DNA from: Candidatus Eiseniibacteriota bacterium
GTDB taxonomy: Bacteria > Eisenbacteria > RBG-16-71-46 > CAIMUX01
DNA length: 64,000 bases
Assembly: GCA_903844735.1 (NCBI GenBank)
Contig: CAIMUX010000121.1
Coordinates: forward strand, 3,005 to 67,004
Direction: 5' to 3'
The notes below the pieces were generated by a model. It ran no database searches and was not told the origin of the DNA. It was given only the letters and a program-made list of their open reading frames with translations. Positions 19,430-28,100 of this stretch are shown here, one piece after another; positions within the stretch are counted from its first letter, which is position 1, and the number at the start of each line of letters is the position of its first letter. The translations under genes and the position numbers were made by a program.

Positions 19430-20482
19430 TTGCCTGACGCCCAAACTCTCGTGGAGGCCCTGCGGAAGGTCCTCTTCCCGGGAATCGAACGCGACATCGT
19501 CTCTCTCGGCTACCTCAAGGACGTCCGCGAGGAGGACGGTCGTTTCGTCGTTCGCCTGGAGCTCTCGACAAACCAGCAGGGAGCCGGCGAACGGATCGAG
19601 GAGGAGGCACACGTCGCGCTGCGCGCCACCGGGGTCCCCTACCGACTGGACATGCGCGTCCGCTACCTCCCCTCGGGAGCGGAGGAAGCCGAGGCCGAGC
19701 CGGAGCGGCTGCTCGACGGGGTACCGGTCAAGATCGCCGTGGCCAGCGGCAAGGGGGGGGTGGGCAAGTCGACTGTCGCGGCCAATCTCGCCATCGGCCT
19801 GGCCCGGCTTGGCGTCAGGACCGGGCTCCTCGATGCCGACATTTACGGCCCGTCGATCCCGATGATGCTCGGCCTGGAGGGGGCGCAGCCACGCGTGGCG
19901 GACCACCGGATGGAACCAGTGGAGCGCTACGGCATCCGCTCCATGTCGATCGGCTACCTGGTGGACCGCCATACTCCGATGGTCTGGCGAGGCCCGATGG
20001 CCGGCAAGGCAATCGAGCAGTTGATGAGCGACGTCGATTGGGAGGGAACCGAGGCGATCGTCTTCGATCTTCCCCCCGGCACCGGCGACATCCACATTTC
20101 TATCTCGCAGAAAATCCGACTCACCGGCGCGATCATCGTCACAACCCCCCAGGAGGTGGCTCTCATCGACGCCGGCAAGGGCGTCTCCATGTTTCGCAAG
20201 GTTTCGGTGCCGATCCTCGGCCTCGTGGAAAACATGAGCCTCTTCATTTGCCCGCACTGCAACGGCCAGACCGAGATCTTCGGCTCTGGCGGCGGCGCGC
20301 GCGAGGCAGAGCGTCTGGGCGTCCCTCTCCTCGGGCAAATTCCGATCGACCCCCAGGTGGTTCTGGGTGGGGACGAAGGCTCCCCGATTCTCGTGCGCAA
20401 CCCGGAATCTCCCGCCGGCCAGGCGTTCCTGGAGCTCGCCGCCCGCGTGGCCGGAATGACCGGCCTTCGCCCCTCGGGCTAG
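19430..20482 (+). CDS. mrp: Mrp/ApbC (NBP35 family) Fe-S cluster carrier ATPase
   Basis: N-terminal DUF59-like region, ASGKGGVGKST, DADIYGPS, WRGPM, DLPPGTGD and ENMS..CPHC. TTG 19430 follows AAGGAG. Confidence 0.94.
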   Translation: MPDAQTLVEALRKVLFPGIERDIVSLGYLKDVREEDGRFVVRLELSTNQQGAGERIEEEAHVALRATGVPYRLDMRVRYLPSGAEEAEAEPERLLDGVPVKIAVASGKGGVGKSTVAANLAIGLARLGVRTGLLDADIYGPSIPMMLGLEGAQPRVADHRMEPVERYGIRSMSIGYLVDRHTPMVWRGPMAGKAIEQLMSDVDWEGTEAIVFDLPPGTGDIHISISQKIRLTGAIIVTTPQEVALIDAGKGVSMFRKVSVPILGLVENMSLFICPHCNGQTEIFGSGGGAREAERLGVPLLGQIPIDPQVVLGGDEGSPILVRNPESPAGQAFLELAARVAGMTGLRPSG

Positions 20483-20521
20483 ACGCCGGCGGCCGGGAAG
20501 CCCGCAGATCCTTCCCCGAAC

Positions 20522-20549
20522 TCAAGACAGCCGACTCGGCGGACGATAG
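20522..20549 (+). promoter_or_regulatory. Putative sigma28-type promoter
   Basis: TCAAG-N15-GACGATAG, the same spacing as 9622-9649, about 40 nt upstream of the next start. Confidence 0.45.
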
Positions 20550-20591
20550 ATATCCCGTCGGCAGTCAGGTCTTTCTGGGGAGGAGTACACG

Positions 20592-21659
20592 TTGGATCCG
20601 GCGATGAACGGCGCGGCGAATCCGGACCGCCCGGACTACCAGGTGGCCCTCTGCTGTCCTGCCTGCGGGGAACGCTCGTTACAGCGGGTCATGAAGTCCA
20701 ACCTGCTCCTCCCGGTGCGGGTCCCGGGGCACCCGTTCTTGCGCGCCTACACCTGGTCTGACGGCAAGCCCAGAGAGTCACATCCGTTGCATTTCGGTGT
20801 CTGTTTCTGCCCGTGCTGCCACTACCCGGATATCGAGGCCGACTTTCGCGATGGAGCGGGCCGCACCCACGACATCAGCCGTACGCTACGACGGTTCTTC
20901 GTGGAGCAGTTGGTCGGATGGGGCCGGCCACTCGCCGACATTCTCGGAACCGGCATGGAGAGCATGGAAGACCCCGAGCGGACGACGCGTCTCCACCTCG
21001 CGGCCATCGCGACGCAACGTCTGATCTATCCCGAACTGTGGCGCCGCCGCGAGATCGGGCAGCTCTATCTTCGTCTGGCTTGGCTCTACCTAGACGAGAA
21101 GCACCTGCGCTGGGATCCGGATCACCCCACCGCACCGCCTACCTACGAGATCGAAGGACCGGGCTACGCACGGATGCAGGCAGTGCTCGCCCAGCTTGAA
21201 CCGATCCGCGCGGCGTGGCCCGAGATTCCCCTGGACGAAGAGTCGACCCGACGCGAGGTCCTCAAGTTCCACCAGGAGGCGTACACCCGGCACAGCGGCA
21301 CCCTCACGCCGGAAGAGAGCGTGGCCGATGAGCGTCTCCTGGCCGTTCTGTTCGGCTTGAACGGGGACCAGGAGATGGCGAAAGAAATGTTCGAGCGTGC
21401 CCTCGACTCCTGCATCCGGCTGCGCCAGGAAGCCACCCAGCAGCAGTCAGGGGCCTGGAACAGCGGCCTCAGCGCCACCGAGACCAAAGCGCTCGCGATC
21501 CGCATCCAACGTCTCAGCAAGAGCGCCGAGGGGATTAGGGATGAGATGAACACGGCATTCCCTCCCCCCAAGGCCCGGGTGTCGGCTCTCCCGCCTTCGC
21601 GCAGGAGCACCACCGCATCATCTCCCAAGAAAAGGCGGATCTTCGGCATCTTCGGCTAG
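20592..21659 (+). CDS. DUF2225-like protein (CxxC...CxxC zinc ribbon plus helical repeat region)
   Basis: CPACG ... HPLHFGVCFCPCCHY ... IGQLYLRLAWLY pattern; GGAGGAG RBS before TTG 20592. Confidence 0.7.
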   Translation: MDPAMNGAANPDRPDYQVALCCPACGERSLQRVMKSNLLLPVRVPGHPFLRAYTWSDGKPRESHPLHFGVCFCPCCHYPDIEADFRDGAGRTHDISRTLRRFFVEQLVGWGRPLADILGTGMESMEDPERTTRLHLAAIATQRLIYPELWRRREIGQLYLRLAWLYLDEKHLRWDPDHPTAPPTYEIEGPGYARMQAVLAQLEPIRAAWPEIPLDEESTRREVLKFHQEAYTRHSGTLTPEESVADERLLAVLFGLNGDQEMAKEMFERALDSCIRLRQEATQQQSGAWNSGLSATETKALAIRIQRLSKSAEGIRDEMNTAFPPPKARVSALPPSRRSTTASSPKKRRIFGIFG

Positions 21660-21681
21660 GAGCCCTGCTAGACTCTCTCGC

Positions 21682-22377
21682 ATGACCCGAAATCGCCTGC
21701 TCCCCGCCCCGGTGGAAGAGATGCCGTGCGTGCTGGCGCCCGGCCGGCTCACGCCACCCCTCGACTGGCGCGCCATCTTCGGTCGCACCGGCGAGGTGGA
21801 GATCGAAATCGGCTGTGGCAAGGGACGTTATATCGTGGAGGCGGCCCGGCTCCGGCCCGGCTCCGATCTCGTGGGAGTCGAGCGGGCCGGGAAGTGGTTT
21901 CGCCGTGCCGTCCAGCGCGCGCATCGCTCCAGCCTTCCCAACCTCCGGCTCGTGCAGGCCGATGCGTTCGATTTCCTGGCCCGCTGGGTTCCGCCCGGTT
22001 CCGCCGCGGCGGTTCATGTGTATTTCCCCGACCCGTGGCCGAAGCAACGGCACGGCAAGCGGCGACTGCTCCAGTCGACTTTCTACCACCTTGCCGCCCG
22101 GGCGCTCTCGACGACCGGATGGCTGTACCTCGCCTCCGACGTAGAGCCATACTTTCAGACCGCCGTGGCGGAGATCGCGGCCCTGGGTCTTTTCGAGCCA
22201 CAGCCATGGCCGGAGGATGCACCGGATCGGATCCCCACCAATTTCGCCGTCAAGTACGCCAGGGAAGGGCGCCCGCTCTTCTATGCGCGCTACTCGATGC
22301 TTACTGGGAGGCTGCGCGCGGAGATGGAGCCCAGCCCTTTCCCCGTGATAGTCTCCCTGGCCGGGGAGGAAACATGA
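21682..22377 (+). CDS. trmB: tRNA (guanine-N7)-methyltransferase
   Basis: EIGCGKG, VGVE, YFPDPWPKQRHGKRRL, LASD and TNFAVKY. Confidence 0.93.
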   Translation: MTRNRLLPAPVEEMPCVLAPGRLTPPLDWRAIFGRTGEVEIEIGCGKGRYIVEAARLRPGSDLVGVERAGKWFRRAVQRAHRSSLPNLRLVQADAFDFLARWVPPGSAAAVHVYFPDPWPKQRHGKRRLLQSTFYHLAARALSTTGWLYLASDVEPYFQTAVAEIAALGLFEPQPWPEDAPDRIPTNFAVKYAREGRPLFYARYSMLTGRLRAEMEPSPFPVIVSLAGEET

Positions 22378-22829
22378 CGCAGCGAACCGAATGGCACGAC
22401 TACTTCATGCGGATCGCCGAAGAAGTGGCGACCAGGGGTACCTGTGACCGACGCCGGGTGGGAGCGCTCATCGTGCGGGACCGGATGATCCTTTCGACCG
22501 GCTACAACGGGAGTGTCCGCGGGATGCCGCACTGTGACGAGGCCGGCCACATGATGGAAGACGACCACTGCGTGGCGACGATTCATGCCGAGGCGAACGC
22601 CATCCTCCAGGCCGCGCGCAACGGCGTGCGGATAGAGGGGGCGGAGATCTACACCACCGCCAGCCCGTGCTGGAACTGTTTCAAGATGATCACCAATGCC
22701 GGGATTACGCGGATCTATTACGGCGCCTTCTACCGGGAGCGCCGGATTTTCGAGGTCGCCGAACGGCTGGGAATCGAGCTGATCGACCTTTCCGCCGGCC
22801 GGGACGACCTACGGGAGGAAAGAGACTGA
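22374..22829 (+). CDS. dCMP deaminase (ComEB-like)
   Basis: WHDYFM, TGYNG, HAEANA and SPCWNC zinc motif; ATG 22374 has GGAGG and overlaps the trmB stop. Confidence 0.93.
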   Translation: MTQRTEWHDYFMRIAEEVATRGTCDRRRVGALIVRDRMILSTGYNGSVRGMPHCDEAGHMMEDDHCVATIHAEANAILQAARNGVRIEGAEIYTTASPCWNCFKMITNAGITRIYYGAFYRERRIFEVAERLGIELIDLSAGRDDLREERD

Positions 22830-22896
22830 AGGGACGCCCGGGACGGGCCGATGCATGACGCGGGGCCGGGTCGCCGGCAGGCAAGGAGGAGGACCG

Positions 22897-23577
22897 ATGA
22901 CGAGGGAACGGACCGGCTCGAGTCACGACGGGCAGCGGAAACGGCCGACGAATCGCACAGGACGCGCCGAAGACGACGAGGACGACGAGGAAGAGACTCC
23001 ATCCGAGGAGACGAAGAAGGGCGAAGGCGAGGAGTCCCGCATGGCGGAGAAATTCCTCCGTGCTCGGACCATCCTAGTCTCCGAGCCGATCAGTAGCGAT
23101 CTCGCCAAGCGGATTTACCAGGGACTGATCCTCCTCGAGTCGGAGGATGCGGAAAAAATGATCACTGTGGTGATCAACTCCCCTGGCGGCGAGGCCGACA
23201 CCGGCTTCGGAATCTACGACATGATGCGCTTCGTCGGCCCGCCGATTCGCACGGTGGTCGCCGGGCTGTGCGCCTCGGCCGCGGTGATGGTATTCCTGGC
23301 GGCTGAGAAAGATCAACGCTTCAGCCTGCCGAACTCGCGGTTCTTGCTCCATCAGCCGTCGTCAGCCAACTTCGGCCAGGCCTCCGATCTCGAGATCGCC
23401 TCGCGCGAGATCTTAAAACTGCGGGACCGCTACAACGAAATCGTGGCCGGGGAGACAGGCAAGACGCTCCAGCAGGTCACCGAGGACACCGACCGCGATT
23501 TCTGGATGTCGGCCCAGGACGCCGACGAGTACGGACTGGTTTCCAAGGTGGTCACGCATCGCAAGGAGATGGGCTGA
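22897..23577 (+). CDS. clpP: ATP-dependent Clp protease proteolytic subunit
   Basis: INSPGG, catalytic CASAA (Ser), LLHQP (His) and DRDFWM (Asp); AGGAGG before ATG 22897; acidic N-terminal extension. Confidence 0.94.
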   Translation: MTRERTGSSHDGQRKRPTNRTGRAEDDEDDEEETPSEETKKGEGEESRMAEKFLRARTILVSEPISSDLAKRIYQGLILLESEDAEKMITVVINSPGGEADTGFGIYDMMRFVGPPIRTVVAGLCASAAVMVFLAAEKDQRFSLPNSRFLLHQPSSANFGQASDLEIASREILKLRDRYNEIVAGETGKTLQQVTEDTDRDFWMSAQDADEYGLVSKVVTHRKEMG

Positions 23578-23727
23578 GACGCAGGTCCCGCGGGATAGCC
23601 GCGCTCACGGAGTGCGGTCCATCGCGCCGCTGTGGAAACGGTGGCCCGACGACAGGCCGGGCCGCCGTCTTGCGAACGGCTCCCGGCCGAGCGGCCATAA
23701 CGGCCTCGTTACTACTCAAGCAAACAG

Positions 23728-23850
23728 GACTCCGGAGTCAGAATTCAGAATGCCACACCACCAAGTCCTCACATCTCGTCGAGGAGCGTCCTCATTCTGA
23801 CTCCTGACTACTGGATTCTGACTCCTGACTTCCGGCCTCTGATTACTGAA
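23728..23850 (+). repeat. Dispersed ~100-bp intergenic element, copy 2, with a short inverted heptamer arm on the left
   Basis: Homologous to the reverse complement of 9680-9780. Left arm GGAGTCAGAATTCAGAAT can pair with right arm ATTCTGACTCCTGACT. Lies between convergent clpP and mdh. Confidence 0.9.
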
Positions 23851-23865
23851 CAGATTCCCCGGCCT

Positions 23866-24873
23866 CTACGTCCGGAGCAACTTGTCGACTTCCCGGCAGG
23901 TCTTCTGTACTGCATCCGCCGATAGCGCCAGACCGTTCTTTTCCTGTGCGGTCAGGTCCACCTCGATGATCCGCTCGATCCCGTTCTTGCCGATGATCGC
24001 GGGCACGCCGACGAAGAGATCCCGCACGCCGTACTCCCCCTGCAGCAGGCAGCACACGGCCAGGATCTTCTTCTTGTCATAGATGATCGCCTCGGCCATC
24101 TCGAGCGCGCTCAGCGCCGGCGAGACGAAGGCGGAGCCGAAGCCGAGGAGTCCGACCACCTCGCCGCCCGCCTTGCGCGTCCGGTCTTCGATCGCGTCCA
24201 GCCGGTCGGGTGCGATGAACGACTCGACGGGCATGCCCGCGATGCGGCAACAACTGCGCACCGGAACCATGGTGTCACCGTGCCCGCCCAGCACCATCGC
24301 CTCGACGTTTTCCACGCTGACCCCGGCCTCCTGCGCCACGAAGTACCGATAGCGAGCGGAGTCGAGCACCCCCGCCATGCCCAGCAGGCGACTCTTCGGC
24401 ACACCGAGTCTCTTGTACAAGGTATACACGATGGCGTCGAGGGGATTGGCAATCGATATGATCATCGCCCTGGGACAGTGCTTCCGGATGGCGTCGGCCA
24501 CCTCCCCGGTGACCTTGAGATTGATCGCCAGCAACTCCTCGCGCGAAGGGAACGTCCCGTCGGCACGCGCCTTGCGCGGCACCCCGGCGGTGTTGATGAC
24601 CATGTCGCACCCGTCGAGAATGTCGTAGTCCCGGCTTGCCTGGAGCACGACATCGCTGCCGATGAGCGGTGCCCCTTCGGCGATGTCCAGAGCCTTGCCC
24701 TGGGCGACCGATTGCTTGCGCACCACGGCCTGCTTCTCGGAAGGATCGTTCGGGTTAACGAAGGGAGCGGGGTCGGTCACGGCCACGACCCTGGCGAGGC
24801 GCCGGCGGGCCAGTTCCTGCACGAGAACGCCGCCGATGAATCCGCCGCCGATGACGCCGATCTTGTCCAACAC
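23866..24873 (-). CDS. mdh: Malate dehydrogenase (LDH-like MDH)
   Basis: IGGGFIG, GKALD, TAGVPRK (Arg specificity residue), NPLD, GVLDSAR and LGGHGD; GTG 24873 follows AAAGGAG. Confidence 0.93.
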   Translation of the reverse strand: MLDKIGVIGGGFIGGVLVQELARRRLARVVAVTDPAPFVNPNDPSEKQAVVRKQSVAQGKALDIAEGAPLIGSDVVLQASRDYDILDGCDMVINTAGVPRKARADGTFPSREELLAINLKVTGEVADAIRKHCPRAMIISIANPLDAIVYTLYKRLGVPKSRLLGMAGVLDSARYRYFVAQEAGVSVENVEAMVLGGHGDTMVPVRSCCRIAGMPVESFIAPDRLDAIEDRTRKAGGEVVGLLGFGSAFVSPALSALEMAEAIIYDKKKILAVCCLLQGEYGVRDLFVGVPAIIGKNGIERIIEVDLTAQEKNGLALSADAVQKTCREVDKLLRT

Positions 24874-25142
24874 GGGTCGGTCTCCTTTCATGGATTTCGG
24901 CCGGGGCCACGCCATCGAGAGCGTTCCGGCCGGCCGGTGTCTGCATGCCGATGCGCGTCAGACGACGAGGAAAGCGCCGCCGCATCATCGAGAAGCATCA
25001 CCGGAAGGCCGTGATTGTCAAGCTCTCTTGCGGCGATCTGAGAGTCGGAGCAATCCAGCTTCGGTCAGACGCACGCCCACCGAGATCGCCACGAAGATGG
25101 AGTCGCGGCCGGGAAGAGAGTATTCTTTGGCGGGTAACACGA

Positions 25143-28100
25143 ATGGATGAAGAGACACCCAAATCGCCGACGCCGACGACGGGTCTGGATCGCCCCCTCG
25201 AAGCCACGGGCCTCGAGGGGCCCTCCGAGACCACGCGCCTCGATGGGCCCTCCGAACGCACGGACTTCGCCCCCCCCCCGCAATACACCGGGACCAATTT
25301 CGGGGCACTGGAGCCCGCGCTTCGGGACCTGGAATCCCAGTTCACGCTGGTCATGGGCCGTCCGGAGCGCGTCGTGGAGGCGTGCCGAATCCTCTCCGTC
25401 CAACTCGAGGCGGCGGACGACCCGGACCTCGCGGATCGTTGCCACGCTCGGGTAGTCACTCAACTGCACGTGCGGCAGGGCGGCGTCGCGCAAGCGCTGA
25501 TCCCCTTCCTGGAGGAGCGAGCGCGGCGCGGACCGAACCCTCGCCGCATTATCCTGAGCCTCCTCGTAGCCCGCGATGATGTTGCGCGGCGCCACGGGCT
25601 TCGACTGGCGTGCGAGATGATCGAGTCGGGGCGGATCGCAGCCGACGTCGCGGCGATCCGGGGCCTGGCGTTCGCGATCGAGGAAGACGAGGCTGCGGGG
25701 AGGGATGTCGCGCTTCTGGAGCGGGTCAGAGATGCCTTGCGGGGCATCAATCTCGCCCCCACGTCTGGGGAGCTGGTGGACCACGGGCCGGTTGCGCGTG
25801 GTGCGGAACCCCTCTCCCCCGCTTCCGCTGGGCTGCACGACCGGCTTGAGGCGCTTCTCCTGCAGGCGCCGGACCCGAGAGTGCGATTCCTGGCCGCCCG
25901 GCTCCTCGATCTCCCGGGAACCCCCGTGCCCGCTGACCGGCTGGCGCGCCTCTTCGGCGCCGAGACGGCTGCCGTGCTCGCCCCGTATCTGGCGTTCACG
26001 CGGGCCACGCACCGCAACATGGTGGAGCTGACCCCCGAATCACGAGTTTCCCCCGCGCTCCTTTCCTCGATGCAGGACGCGGAGCGCGCCCTCGGCCGGC
26101 CCCTGCTCGGCGAAGTGCTGGGCGAACTCGGCTGGGACCGCCTCGCCTGGGGCATCTCGTGCCGACGCCTCGTGGGCTTGAGCCTGGACGGAGGGTTCCC
26201 GCTCGCCGTCACGCCGGCCGAGGCGATGCTCCTCGACTCGTGCGGGCCCGCGCGGCGCACATGGGACCGTTTCCTCGTCGTGGCCCATGGTGGGTCGGCG
26301 TCGGGTGAGAACGACAACGACATGGAAGCGACGGCCGTCCAGCGGTTTCGCAAGTATAACATCCTCCACGCGGAATTGCTGGGCGAAATCCTCGAGGTCG
26401 CGCCACTCACCCCCGCCAAGGTGCGCCGGATCGTCGAACGAATGGAACAGGTGGTCAGCCACTTCGCCGTTCTGTTCAGAGAGCATTCCGAGGATGCGAC
26501 GCGGGTCGAAGCCTGCTTCGCCGCCCTCCGCGATCGGGCCATCCGGCTGATGGCGGAGGCGCCCGATGACCAGCCGCTGCAGGCCGAGGTGGCCCGCGTC
26601 GTGCAGATGTTCGAGGATCCGCGATCACTTGACGATGTGCGCACGCTGCACGGCCTCAAGCGCTACCTGCACCAGCAGGGACTGCGTCTCGCGTTTCGCG
26701 CTTTCCGTTCCGGTCGCGCAACCAACCGGACCGTCGACGTAGCCATCGCCAACGCCAGTCGCGTCCTCCAGGTGGTTCGGCGGATTCGCTACATCGACTT
26801 CGAACCGGACCCGGGAGCCGAGCCGGGAGATCTCCCCTACCCGGTCGCCCTCATCGCTGAGGTACTGGGCCGCCGCCTCGTCCACGGAAAGATCGAGTCG
26901 CCCGACTTCGAGATCCTGGCCTACGGGAACGAAATCCAGATCTTCATCGGGTTCCGTAATCATCCGGTTTTCCTGCGCCTCGATCTCTCGCCGCCCCAGC
27001 GCGGCGGCATGATCGACCTTGAATACTACGGCGTGAGCCAGTACGAGCTCGACCGCCACCCCGATCTTTCGCTTCAGTGGGTGCAGCGGGTGTTCCGCCG
27101 CCTCGACTTTGACGTCCGCGTCGAACAGTTCCGTCTGCACATCCGCTACGACAAGGAGCGGGCGCTCGACTTGGGCGACCTCCTCGCGCATGTGCGCATC
27201 CTCGGTTACCTCTTGCCCCACTTGATGGACCTCGACTGGGTGATCGCCGTGCTCGACTATCCAGAGACGGCCAAGGCGCAGGTCGCCGACGCGTGGGCCG
27301 ACCTCATTCCTGACTGGGGCTGGCTCCCGATCGCGGAACTTCTGACCGCGGACCGACGGCACATCCTGCGCGGAATCGCCGCGGACCCGGCGGGAGAACG
27401 CGAGGTCCGCTGGGATGGACACGGGGAGTATCGCGACCGATTCATTGGCGTGCCCGATCGGGCGGTATGGGGTCGGATCCGTGCGCAACTCGAAGCGGGC
27501 GGCCTGGCCCGGTTTGTCCCCTGGCCGGAGTTGACCGAACTTCCGGTCGCGCAAATTCCGCTGGAGAAGTTTCTCTTCACGCCCCTCCGCGAGGCCGTAC
27601 ACCTCGGAGGCCTGCGAGAGACTCATGCGGGGCCCATGCCGACGGCTCCCGACGGGACACCCTCACCGCACGAGGCCGAGGCGTTAGCACAGATCCTTCT
27701 CCGCGGCGGGGCGCCCCTCGATGAAGCGGCGAGGATCGCCACCGTCGTCGGATCGATCGAGCGACATCTTCGCTTCGTCACGAGCGGCAGCATCCAGGGG
27801 TACCCGGTCCAGCGGGCCACGCTTGTTTTGCGCGGCGAGCGGGTGGAATTGTCGGTCCTGAGGGACGCCGACGGCATCGCGCGACTCGCGCTCGCTGACG
27901 ACTGCCCGATGCAGAGCTGGACCGGCACCCGCGGTCGATCGCATCTCGGCGTCGGACCCCGACTCGATTGCCGCGAGCTGATTCGGCGGCTGCGTCGCGA
28001 CAACTACGTGGCCGTCGCCTACGAGTCGCCAATCGAGCAGGACGGCCGACGGGCGGCGCTCACTGCCGTCTTCGCCGCACCGAACGCGCTGGCCCCGCCC

